From Rebecca billardiae RCC1528 (Eukaryota; Protista; Haptophyta), in NCBI GenBank assembly GCA_965240325.2, contig OZ251231.1, forward strand, positions 2,542,001 through 2,606,000: 64,000 bases of DNA, in the 5' to 3' direction. The first letter of the stretch is position 1, and every line of letters begins with the position of its first letter. Position numbers and translations under genes: made by a program. Below are positions 34,327 through 45,663 of this stretch, piece by piece. Under the pieces are notes generated by a model. It had not been told where the DNA came from and searched no databases. It saw nothing but the letters and a program-made list of their open reading frames with translations.

Positions 34327-35482
34327 CCTCTACTCTCTAGCCAGCGTGCACGCAGGCTCTGGCCACCGCGGGGCCAACGGTGTCAGATGATCGCGTCGCG
34401 CCGTGCTGCACTCACGCACCGCCGTCCAGGCGAAGAAGCCTCGCCGTCGACGAGCGTGAGTGGCGCGTGCTGAAGGGCGAGACTTGGCGAGACCGCGAGA
34501 CCGACTACCGAGGCAGGGAGCTCCCGAGACCCGAAAGTAACTCAGTCTCACAGTAAGTCGCCTGTCTGTCGCCTTGCCTGATGGCTGATTTACAGGCGCG
34601 GCGACAGCGGGTTCCGAGCGGTCAGCGGTGCGTGCAATGCGCCCGTTACTAACAATAACATTAACGGTTCATGCGGCGCGTGAGTGCCGACGGCGACGGC
34701 TCCGAGCGGGCGCGGCACTCAGCGGCAATGTCCAAATGCAGGCACTGGTCACGGTGAGCAGAGCCTGCAGAGCGGAACACTGCCCGCCTCTCACTGAATA
34801 CTGATTCTTTCTTGACTGATTGCTCAATACGAGCCGTCATAGTGCCAGCCAGCAGGACTCCTGTCTCACTCATCACGGTCCGTATCAGTGATTCGGAGAC
34901 ACAGGTACTAGGTAGGACGACGCGGCGGGTCTCCTGATTCGTCGGCGGCAGTGCCCGATCGTCGACACGAAGTCGGCGTTGGTGGCAGAGCATAGACTGC
35001 ACCGCGATCGAAAAGCTTGAGCGCGGCCTTGAGCTGCTGAAGCGCGATCCACCTGCGCTGCGCGCGCGGCTCGCATGCGGACCTGCTGTGCCCCGAGCAA
35101 GGGCAAGGGTGCAGGTCCGGATGTCAGCTGGCAGTCTCAGCCGCTGGTAGCAGCTGGTCGAGCCTGCCCCGTGCTCCCCGGGCGGTCGCGTACACGCTTG
35201 CCGCGGCGGCGGCTGGCGCTGCGGCGACAGCGGCGTCGTCCAGGGTGCGCTTCGCCCGCTGCGGCGATGACTGAAAGTGAGTAAGTGACAACGGATCCCA
35301 AACAATTCGTGAGTAAGTAAATGCAGTTCACTCATTATGACTGTACGACTTTCAACTTGATGATCATCCCGCCGCTCGCGAAATGAAAAGCAGGCGCGCC
35401 GCGTCCGCTGTGCCGCCGGCCGCCCATCGCCAACGTCCGCGATCGCTCGGCGCTCCGCGCCCCCTCTTCACAAGAACTGACG

Positions 35483-37706
35483 ATGCCGGCGCGCGGCGCA
35501 CGCGCCCTGGCGCGCGGCGGACTGGCCGCCTCGGCGATCGGTCTGGCGCTCCTCGTGTGTGCTTTCGTGCGCGAGCACGCCGGCGCACACGCCGACGCGC
35601 AGCCCCTCGCCCTCAGCCGCGCGGCGTTTGGCGCGCACCTGCGCCGCCTGCCCGCGCACGTGCCGCACCACGTGTGCGTGACGGGCTCGCACGCGGAGCA
35701 GACGGCGCGCGAGCTGCTCCTTCCCGAGGACGCCGAGCTGCGCGCGTTCGACATGCCCTCCCGCCTCAACCCGGAGAACGAGTGCACCGCGCTCGAGGCG
35801 GCGGTCGGGCACACGCTCGTCACTGTCGCCGAGAAGATCGAGGACCGGTGCGCCGCGCGCTGGAAGGTGCACACGTCGACGTGCGACGTGCTGGTGCACG
35901 CGGAGGAGGGCGCGGATTGCGAGCAGCTCTTCAAGCTCCGCGCCATCGCCGACCAGCCCCACGCGCCGCTCGTCGTGCTCGCCGCCGGCTGGTCGCACGA
36001 CGCGGGCGCGTCGGCGGACGCGCCGCTGCTGCACTGCTACAAGGCGCGCGTGCGCCGCGCCGCGCAGCAGAATCTGGCGCCGCTCGAGGCGGAGGAGATG
36101 GTGCCGCACACGGCGCTGCCACTCCACGGTGGCGCGCGCACGGGCGTCGCGCTGCACGCGCTCATGCGCGAGCTGCTGGCGCAGACGGCCGGCGCGCGGC
36201 CGCACAGCCACGCGCACTGGCTGGCGCGCTCGGCGGCGCACGCGCAGCGCGACGACGCGCGCGCGCTGCGCGCGCGTCTGCTCGAGGGCAACCCGTCCGT
36301 GCGGGTGGTTGACGTGCACATTGAGATGATGAAGGCGTCACAGGGCCTGCCGCACCGTCTTGGCCACCTCGCGCCGCACGCGCCCGTGCCGGAGGCGGAC
36401 ACGCCGCCCGCCGCCGCGGAGCAGCCGGAGCAGCAGCAGGCGGAGGCGGGGCAGGAGCAGCCGCAGCAGCGCCGCCGCCGCGCGCAGGAGGATGTGCAGG
36501 CCCTCGTGATCGCGGCGGACGCTGGCATGGTCAGTGCCGGCTTCGCTGGCGATGACGCGCCGCGCACCGTCTTCCCCGCGATCGTCGGCCGCCCGCGGCA
36601 CACCGGCGTGATGGTGGGCATGGGCCAGAAGGACGCGTACGTGGGCGAGGAGGCGCAGTCGAAGCGGGGCATCCTCACGCTCAAGTACCCGATCGAGCAC
36701 GGCATCGTGACCAACTGGGACGACATGGAGAAGATCTGGCACCACACCTTCTACAACGAGCTGCGCGTCGCGCCCGAGGAGCATAAGGTGCTGCACTCCG
36801 AGGCACCGCTCAACCCGAAGGCCAACCGCGAGAAGATGACGCAGATCATGTTCGAGACGTTCAATGTGCGCGGGTTCTACGTGTCGGTGGACGCGGTGCT
36901 CGCGATGTACGCGTCGGGGCGCACGACGGGCATCGTGCTCGAGGCGCGCGCTGGCGTGACCCATGTCGTCCCCATCTACGAGGGCTACGTGCTGCCGCAC
37001 GCGGTGCTGCGGCTCGACATGGGCGGGCGCGACCTGACAGAGTACATGATGAAGCTGCTCAGCGAGCGCGGCTACTCGTTCAGCACCTCCGCCGAGCGCG
37101 AGATCGTGCGCGACATCAAGCAGAAGCTCGGCTACGTCGCGATCGACTACGACGAGGAGCTCGAGAAGGCGGAGACCTCCTCTGAGCTCGAGCAGAACTA
37201 CGAGTTGCCCGACGGCCAGATCATCACGGTCGGCAACGAGCGCTTCCGGGACACCGAGGCTCTGTTCAAGCCCAACTTGATCGGGCTGGAGCAGGAGGGC
37301 ATCCACAAGCTGCTCTTCAACTCCATCATGAAGTGCGACGTCGACATCCGGAGGGACCTGTACAACAACATCGTGCTGGCGGGCTCCGAGACGATGTACA
37401 CGGGGATCGCCGAGCGCGTGCAGAAGGAGATGAAGGGGCTCGCGCCCGAGTCGATGACCATCAAGATTGTGCGCGCACGCGCGCGCGCGCGTTCGTGTGT
37501 GCGTGCTTCACCGCGTGGGTGGCCGCGCTCACTCGTGCGGTGTCCGCCATCCCGCCGCATCGCAGATCGCGCCGCCTGAGCGCAAGTACTCCACGTGGAT
37601 CGGCGGCAGCATCCTCGCCTCGCTCAGCACCTTTGAGGAGATGTGGATCACGAAGGCCGAGTACGACGAGTCCGGCCCGGGCATCGTCCACCGCAAGTGC
37701 CGTTAG
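35483..37706 (+). CDS. Actin-fusion protein: signal anchor + ~300-aa domain + RRRR + full-length divergent actin; exons 35483-37468, 37566-37706
   Basis: Actin from 36488 (EDVQALV...[54 protein letters not shown]). The upstream frame is open with no Met at the actin start. Confidence 0.9.
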
Positions 37707-38165
37707 TCTCGTCAGCAGGTTGCTGTCCACAGCAGGCGCCGCCTCGAGTCCCGCCAGCGTGTGATTCATGATCAGGTGCACGGCCGAGGCCTCGCGCGCC
37801 GGCCGCCAGTTCACTACAGTTGAGAGTGACTCGGCGTGCCTCGGAAAGTTTGCGCACCGAACGCGCTCCGACCGTGTCACGCCGCCGGTGTCATGCCAGC
37901 CCGAAGTAGTACGTTCCCGGTCCGACAGAGCACGTGCTCGCCCGCCATCCAAATGCGTATGATGATTGATGCCGATGACGCAATGGCCGCGATCCGATCG
38001 GACGGATCGATTTCGACATCGTCATTCTCAGACTCTGTTGCGCCCGCCGGCCGCCGCCGCCCGCGGCCGCCCCCGGCCGGTGCTCATCATAACCCCAAAA
38101 TACCCGCCTTTATCAAGGCCCTGGCTTGGAGATTCTGATCATGAACCGCGATCCTTCCACCCCAT

Positions 38166-41100
38166 ATGAAGACCATCAAACAACCCTCAGCTGACGATGC
38201 AAGCTATCGGCGTCGCCGTGAAAGTTTGTCTCGCACCTTCGAAAGCCTTCTCGATTCCCTTGCTCGATTCCAAACTCCGCAACACGCAGTTCAGGTGAAC
38301 CGACCCCGAGCCCGAGCGCTCCAGACGCACCCTGACGGGTACAACGTCCGACGCCATCGCAACATGCTGCGTGCCCACGGGGAGTCGCAGAAGCGTGTCG
38401 AGCCAGAGGGCTCTCGCCTGAGTCGCGTCCCGCTGTCGTCGCGCTCACGCGCGCTGCAGCGCATCCTGAACGGCAGGAGCGCGCCCCCCGAGCCGCTTCA
38501 TTACGAGGAGCCGCTCACCTACCAGGGCCGGCTCATCCTGGGTGACGAGACGGAGCTCGCCCGCACTCGGCGGGAGCGCTTGGTGCTTCCCATGGTCCTT
38601 GTTGTGGTGCGTGCTGCGCGGAGCGCCAAGCCCCACGCCCGCCGCTCGAGCGCGCGTGCGCGCGCAGCGCACCCCGTCTCACGCGCTCGTCGAGCGTCGG
38701 TGTGCGCGCGCGCGCACACAGGTGGGCGTGCTCTCCGGGTGCGTGGCGAGCTCGGTGCACGCCATATCGAAGCGGCTGCTCAAGGAGCGCCTCAAGATTG
38801 TCTTCGCCGCGGAGGCGGCCTCGGGCCTCGCGGTCGGCGGCGTCGTGTACGTGTTGACGGGTGCCGCGTGCGCGCTGCTCGCTGCGCTCATCGTCGAGAT
38901 GATCGCGCCGGCGGCGGCGGGGTCGGGCATGACGACGGTGCTGCTCTTTCTGAACGGCTGGCTCCTTCCCGACGCGTTCAGGATCGAGACGCTCCTCGTC
39001 AAGCTCGCCGGTCTGGCGCTCGTCTCCGCCTCGGGCCTCGCCGCGGGCGAGGTGTGCGCGCGCGCGCGCCACCCAGCGGCCGGCCGCGTGGCGCTCCGCG
39101 CGCGACCCGCGCGATGGCTCACGCTGCCGCTGCGGCTGCGCTCCCGCGCGTGCCGCCCTGGCCTCGCCCGCAGGAGGCTCCGCTCATCCACGCGGGCACG
39201 ATCGTCGGCAGCCTCGTGTGCGACGTCGCCTCGCGCACCGTGCTCACGCGCACCGTCGAGGTGCACGGCCGCGGCCGCTCGCTGATCGACCTCGCGGCGA
39301 CGGGCGGCGGCGCGGCGCTGGCGGGCGCGTTCCTCGCGCCGGTGTCGGGCGTGCTCTTCGTGATGGAGGAGCTGGGCACCTTCTGGTCCAAGACCCTCCT
39401 CGTGCGCTGCTTCGTCGCCTCCGCCTCCGCCGCCATCGTGGGCTCGCTGTACACGTTCCTCGAGAGCCAGCCCGGCCTCAACCCGCTCACCACGCCGGTG
39501 GTGGCCGAGTCGCTGCTCGAGGCGGAGGTGGGCATCTCGTGCACGGGGAACAGCGGGCACGGCACCACGTTCCTCCCGATCGAGTACATCGCCTTCGCCG
39601 CGATCGGCGCGATCGGCGGCGTCGCGGGCTCAGGCTTCAACGCGGCCGCTGCCTTTGTGCTCGCGTTCCGCTCGGACTGGCTGCGGCGCAGCATGGCCGT
39701 GCGGATCGCTGACGTGGCGGTGGTCGCGACGATCACGGGCGTGCTCTTCTACACGATCGCCGCGTCGTGGCCGTGCACCACGCTCGACTACGCCTCCGCG
39801 CCGCCCGTCATCCTCAACCACGTCTCGACGCTCGGCTGCCCCGCGCCGGGCGCGTGGGCGCCGTACCCGGGTGGGTTCAAGTACGGCAAGTACCCCAAGC
39901 AGTGGAACGAGCTCGCCTCGCTGCTCTTCGCGCAGCCGCTCGCCGCGGCGGGCATGCTGCTCTCGGTCGAGCACGTTGCGCTGTCCGCCGGCGCGTGCGC
40001 GGTGTACGCCACCACCTTCTGCGCGCTCGCCGTCTTCGCGCTCGGCATGGTCGTGCCGATGGGCCTGCTGCTGCCGAGCGTCGCGGTGGGCGCGGGCTTT
40101 GGGCGCGCGGCCGGCATCCTCGCCGGGCTGATCGCCGGGCAGCCGCGCGCGCAGGGCGTGTACGCGCTCATGGGCGCGGCCGCGTTTGTCAGCGGCACCT
40201 CGCACAACACGAGTGCGCGCCCGCGCGCCCGCGCGAGCGCGCGAGTGGCCCACCTCCTCCGTGCGCGGCCACGAGGCCTGCTGCCGCCGCGCGCCGTGGG
40301 CCGTCGCGCGCGCCCTCGCCGCGCGCCCGTCCGCGGCCGCCACGGCTCTGCAGTAGCTGACCGCCTGCTGCCCCCGCGGCGGTGCACGTGCCGTGCGCGC
40401 GCGCAGTCGCATTCGTGATGATCCTGATCGAGCTGATGAACAACACGACGGTGTGCGCCGTCTCCCTCGCCATGCGCGCTCGCGCCGCGCTCCCCGCTCA
40501 CGCGTGCGCACGCGCGCCCGCCCCGCCGCCCTGCCCTCTGGCGCGCAGTACATCCTGCCGTGCATCGTGACGATGCTGTGCGCGCTCTCCGTCTCGCAGG
40601 CGCTGGGCAAGCCCTTCTACGAGACGCAGCTCGACACGTCGGGCCACCCGTACCTGCGGCAGGCGGACGAGACGCTGCCGGAGCTCAACCTGCTCACGGC
40701 CGCAGACGTGATGGCGCCAAACCCGACCTGCCTGCGCACGCGCGAGCGCGTCGGCACGCTCGCCAAGCTGCTCGCCGACCAGGTGGACTGCTACGGCTTC
40801 CCGCTCATCGACGCGCTCGAGTCGAACCGGCCCGACGCCTCGCGCTCGCGGCTGAACAGCACGAACACGGCGGACGAGAACTGGGACAAGGTGCTGCCGC
40901 TGCCGGGCAAGCGCACCTCGGCCGCGAGCGCCGCGGGCGGCGCCGACCCGCGCGCGCTCGGCGCGCGCGCGAGCTTCCGCGGCTTCGTCAAGCGCGACTC
41001 GATCATCGCGCTGCTGCTGCGCATGGCGGACGAGATCGCGGAGGACGAGCCGCGCCCGAAGCGGATGTCCAGGTTCGATGCGCTCAAGACGTCCGGCCAA

Positions 41101-42063
41101 CGGCTCAGCGGCCGCACGCCGCCGCGCACGCCGCCGCGCTCGCCCGGCCGTTACCGCATGCGGCAGAAGTCTCTCAGAACGTTCGACGTGGAGACGGGGC
41201 CCGGGAGCGCGGGCGCGGAGGCGGGCCCGCGGGTGCCGCCGGACGTGCGGCAGGCGCTCCAGGCGCTCGGCCTGGACAAGGGCCAGACCGAGGCGCAGCT
41301 CCTCGCGCTCGCGCAGCAGCACGTGGAGCTGCGAGATGTGTCCGAGATTGTGCCGCACGTGCACACGGAGAGCGCGCCGATCCGCGTGCTGCTGCACACC
41401 TTCCTGCGGCTGGGCGCGCACACGGTCACGGTGGTGGACGCGCGGCAGCGCGTGGTGGGCATGGTGAGGCGCGAGCACGTCACGCAGGAGCTGCTCGAGG
41501 AGATGATGGGCGGCATCACGAAGGACGGCCGGCTGGCGCGCGCGCTCGCGCCGCACGAGTCGCTCGGCCGCGGCCTGTGGAACCAGATCGGCCGCGTGCT
41601 CACCACCGACCGGCTGCACGAGCACCTCAAGGGCTCCAAGGAGAGCCAGCCCGCGGCGGACGAGGAGGCGCCGCCCGCCGCGGAGCGCGCGGCCGCGACG
41701 CCCGCGCCCGCGCCCACGCCCGCCGTCGACCCCTCGGGCGGCGCGCCCAACGCGCCGCTGCCGCCCATCGCGGACTCGCCGCCGCTGCCGCCGCACGCGC
41801 GCACGACGAGCGGCGGCGGCGCGATGGCGCTGCCTCCGATTGCGACTGCGCCCACCTCGCAGGGCGTGCAGTGGAGCAACGCGCCGCCGGTCGCCCCCGC
41901 CGGCCCGGAGCCAATCGAGCACGCGTCGCCTGCGCCGTCCGCGCCGTCCTCCTCGGGGCTGAGCAACCGGCCGCTCAACAAGCAGCCGCACCTGCCGCAG
42001 ACGTTCAGCATGCTCGAGATGTCCAAGTACGACACCGCGCCGCCCGGCGACGAGCAGAAGTAG
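38166..42063 (+). CDS. CLC-family chloride channel/transporter with CBS domains; exons 38166-38606, 38722-39051, 39174-40212, 40407-40450, 40549-42063
   Basis: AAGSGMT, GEEAPLIH (spliced), FLAPVSGVLFVMEE, GLLLPS, PFYETQL, CBS-like LTAADVMAP..YGFPLI and VVGMVRREHV. Four GT-AG introns in phase. Confidence 0.9.
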
Positions 42064-42442
42064 GGCCGCCGCTCACCTTACACCTGCCGCAGCCTGGGTG
42101 GCAGGCGTACGCGAAGCGCGCGCGGCAGCTACCATAAGTTTAACAAAGACGATGTTCTTGAGGCGGATGTTGATGCGACATCGTTTCGATCACCGGATGA
42201 ATTGGAGAATGCCGCCGACGAAATGCCGCGGCCGGTTCTCGGCTGCGCACCCAGCCAGTCGGCCGTCAAGTTTCAAGTTTGGGCCGTGGCGAGCGCCGAG
42301 TCACCCGAGTGGAGTGGCGGCGGCGCGCGCTACTGCATCATCACGGACAGACCGACCGCAATCTCGACGGAGTATCGACCGTCCAGTACCTCCCGTAGGA
42401 TACACAGGAGACCGGCTTCCCCGCGCCCCCCATTCCCGCCTC

Positions 42443-43195
42443 ATGGCAGCTCCACCTCCGACACCACGTCCCTTTCCGCCCGCGCTGCCACACGGTGAGC
42501 TGCGTGAGGTCCTCCCCAGCGTCTTCATCGTGACCGGCTCTATCCGCATCACGCCCGTGCGCTTCAGTCGCAACATGACCGTCATCCGTCAGGGCGATGG
42601 CCTGGTGCTGGTCAACACGGTGCGCTTGGACGAAGCCGGCTTGGCCGCCCTGGACGCTCTGGGACAGGTTCGCCACATTCTGCGCATCGGCGGCTGGCAT
42701 GGCAGCGACGACGCCTTCTACAAGGACCGCTACGGCTGCCCAGTCACCGCGGTGAGGGGGCAGACGTACTTTGAAGGCGGCAATCCCAAGAAGGGCCGCG
42801 TCTACTTCGAGGCCGACCACCTGATCTCCGCCGGCGACGAGCTGCCGATCGAGGGCGCGTCGCTCCACGTGGTGCACTCTGAGCCGCCTGAGGCGATCCT
42901 TCGCATCCCAGCTGGAGGCGGCTCCCTGGTCACGGCCGACGCCCTGATGCACTGGCCCCACGCCGATCGCTACTTCAGCCGCATCAGCGGCGTCCTCATG
43001 AAGCTCGGGGGCTTCATGAAGCCGTACACGATGATGCCGCCCTGGATCGAAAAGTACCGGCCACCCCGGGAGGAGGTGCGCGCCATCCTCGAGCTGGACT
43101 TTGAGAACGTGCTGCCGGGGCACGGCGAGGTGGTGATGGGTGGCGCGCGCGAGCGCTTCCGGCCGGCGATCGAGGCCTACGCCGCGGGAGGCTGA
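42443..43195 (+). CDS. Intronless metallo-beta-lactamase-fold / DUF4336-like protein
   Basis: FSRNMTVIR, LVNTVRLDEAGLAALDALG, WHGSDD, LVTADAL, VLPGHG motifs. Confidence 0.75.
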   Translation: MAAPPPTPRPFPPALPHGELREVLPSVFIVTGSIRITPVRFSRNMTVIRQGDGLVLVNTVRLDEAGLAALDALGQVRHILRIGGWHGSDDAFYKDRYGCPVTAVRGQTYFEGGNPKKGRVYFEADHLISAGDELPIEGASLHVVHSEPPEAILRIPAGGGSLVTADALMHWPHADRYFSRISGVLMKLGGFMKPYTMMPPWIEKYRPPREEVRAILELDFENVLPGHGEVVMGGARERFRPAIEAYAAGG

Positions 43196-43923
43196 AGGCG
43201 CTGGCCCTGCTGGGTGATGACATCCGGCATCATCAGCAAGCAGCAGCTCGTGCCTCTAATCACCGCGCCTGAAATATAAAGGGCGGAAACGACGCACGTC
43301 TGAAATGACTCAAAATGAGACGACCGGGACTGCTGCATGTTGACTAAAGCGTGCCGAGCGGTGCCGTCAATCACGGCAGACTCAGCAGAGCATCAAACTC
43401 CGTCTGCGCGGCAGGCGCAGAGAGTGCCGAGAGGCCAGAGCTCAGACTCGGTCCGTCTGCGGTCTGACTCTCTGTCTCGTCGGCAGGCTTGTCCTTGATG
43501 AGTACTGTCTACTGAGAGTCAGAGATCCACTTGATGATAGTATATGCAGACGACTCTGCTGCTGATGCTTGCTCAGTGCGTGCACGTAATGACGTATCTC
43601 GGCGGTATATAGCCTATAATTATAGCAGACTATAGTCCGTATCACACGGTCACGGTAAGTGTAACGGTTCAGTCGTCAGTGTTACATCAATCGCTCATTC
43701 AATCGGCGTCACATTATATGACATACATATATATATTTGATATATATATTTCACATCGCGTGGCAGTCGCTCACATCCGCGGATGTGCGACGTCCGTGCG
43801 CTTTTGCCGACGAAGGGCGGCAGCATGGCCAGCACTGGCGCGCGCGCCTCGGCGCTGCGCCGCCCGGCCCCTGCCGCAGCCCGTCGATGAGACGGACGAC
43901 GCGGCCGCTGCCGCTCGCTAGGC

Positions 43924-45510
43924 TCAGCTGAGCACGCACCGCTCCTCCGCATCACCCGGTGGCACCTGCTGCGGCTCGCCCTCCCACGCGGGCGGGCGGA
44001 TGGTCGCGTGGCCCTCGCGCTCAGCCCGCTTCGCGCGCTCGGCGATGGGCTCGTCGAGGATGAGCAGCTCGAGCTTGGGCACGAGTTGCACGCCGATCAG
44101 CGTGAACTGCACGCCTCCGCAGAGCACGCCCGAGCACAGCCGCGCGGCGGGCGTGTTGGCGTGCGAGTAGGGCGAGTTGCGCGTCGGCAGCCGGTCCCAC
44201 GACAGCGAGCGCAGGTCGAGGCGCACGAGCGCCTCGTCGCGCGAGATGCGCTCGTTGCCGTGCCCGCCGAACACCACGAGGTAGTTGCCGTACCGCTCCG
44301 CGGCGAAGCGCATGCGCGCGGCCGGCAGGTAGCTCCCGGGCCGCCCAGCGCGCCAGCTGAACGAGCCGAGGTCGAGCGCGTGCGGCAGGAACGGCGCGGC
44401 CGGGCCGGAGGAGAAGACCTCGGTGTGCTCCTCGGTGCCGCCGAGCACGACGAGCTGCTCGCGCCCGTCCACGAGCGACGTGTGCGTCACCGCCACGTGC
44501 AGCGAGCGCCACGTCGGCACCGAGCCGCTGGTGGGCACGCGCGCCCACGCCCTCTGCTCCAGCTCCAGCACGTACACGTGCGCCGCGCGCCGCTCGCGGA
44601 TGTGCTCAAACTCGGGGTCGGACTCGGGCATGTCGCCGCCAAAGACGACGACGCGCGAGCCGCCCGCGAACGCGCCGCAGTCGTGGTGCCAAATCGCGCG
44701 CGGCGCCTCGCCGCTCGCGCTCGCCTCGTGCCACCGCACGCGCGCGCCGTCCGCGCTCGCGAGCGCAAGTACCGTGAGCGTGTGCAGACCGCCGCCGACC
44801 GGCTCGCGCGAGCCGGCGGGGTCGTCGTCGCAGCCGCCGAGCACGAGCGCGCACGGCGCGCTCGACGGCTCGTCCGCCCGCCGCGCGAGCCACGACGGCC
44901 GCGCGATCGCGCACGCCGCCGCGCGGATGCGGCGCGCGGGCTGCGCCGAGCCGGGCGCCAGCGTCGGCTCGATCAGCTTCGGGCCAGACACGTCGACGAG
45001 CGAGACGTGGAGGTGGGCGAGGTCGCAGTGGCGACGCCAGCCGCCGACGATGGCAACGAAGTGGCCCAGGCCCGTCGCCGTGTGCCCCGTCGTGCACAGC
45101 AGGCGCTCCACGTCGTCGCGCGAGAGGTGCGCGAGGGCGCGCGGCCGCAGCGCGTTTGCGTGCGCCAGCCGCGAGCACTCCGTCGCGGCGCGGAAGAGCA
45201 CGCGGTAGAAGTCGGCGCTGTCGGCGTCCATCGGGTTCGCGACGGGCGCGCCGTCCCCATCGTCGCCCGCGAAGCCCCACGCCGCGCGGTGCAGCTCCAC
45301 GAGCGGCTCGCCGAGGTGGGCGGTCACGAGCTCCCGCCACACGTGCGTCGACGAGCGCACGAGCTGGTGGAGCTCGCGGCACGTGCCGCCGAGGGCGACG
45401 AGGTCTCGGCCAGGAAGAAGCGTGCACAGGTACAAGAAGACCTCGTCCGTGAGCGCATCCACCAGCGGGTTGCTGGCACAGATCGGCACGAGGGCGTCGG
45501 TCGTCGTCAT
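43924..45510 (-). CDS. F-box / Kelch-repeat protein
   Basis: F-box LTDEVFLYL..LLPGRDLVALGGTCREL...W, followed by Kelch-like blades (GHTAT..IVGG, VVVFGG, LVVLGG, LVVFGG). Intronless. Confidence 0.88.
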   Translation of the reverse strand: MTTTDALVPICASNPLVDALTDEVFLYLCTLLPGRDLVALGGTCRELHQLVRSSTHVWRELVTAHLGEPLVELHRAAWGFAGDDGDGAPVANPMDADSADFYRVLFRAATECSRLAHANALRPRALAHLSRDDVERLLCTTGHTATGLGHFVAIVGGWRRHCDLAHLHVSLVDVSGPKLIEPTLAPGSAQPARRIRAAACAIARPSWLARRADEPSSAPCALVLGGCDDDPAGSREPVGGGLHTLTVLALASADGARVRWHEASASGEAPRAIWHHDCGAFAGGSRVVVFGGDMPESDPEFEHIRERRAAHVYVLELEQRAWARVPTSGSVPTWRSLHVAVTHTSLVDGREQLVVLGGTEEHTEVFSSGPAAPFLPHALDLGSFSWRAGRPGSYLPAARMRFAAERYGNYLVVFGGHGNERISRDEALVRLDLRSLSWDRLPTRNSPYSHANTPAARLCSGVLCGGVQFTLIGVQLVPKLELLILDEPIAERAKRAEREGHATIRPPAWEGEPQQVPPGDAEERCVLS

Positions 45511-45663
45511 CGAATGTCGTGCGGGACAGGCGGCGCGTGCTGGCCGGGTGGGAGACGCCGACCGGAACGACGAACCGTCGCGCAGCTATCGGTGTACGGC
45601 TCACGACTCAGATTCGGCCGCCATCATTGGATTTCAGCCTTGTTCGCGCCGTCGTCGTGCACG

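Noticed and set aside
34330-35480. AT-richer intergenic region with 70-220 aa ORFs
   Set aside because: No recognisable domain, terminal repeats or codon bias.
43772-43787. Perfect 16-bp palindrome CACATCCGCGGATGTG next to a TA-rich patch
   Set aside because: Single occurrence between convergent genes with no supporting context.
44008-45663. 5' extension of the 1343-aa ORF
   Set aside because: Antisense to the F-box/Kelch gene; MORN repeats start just after ATG 45664.
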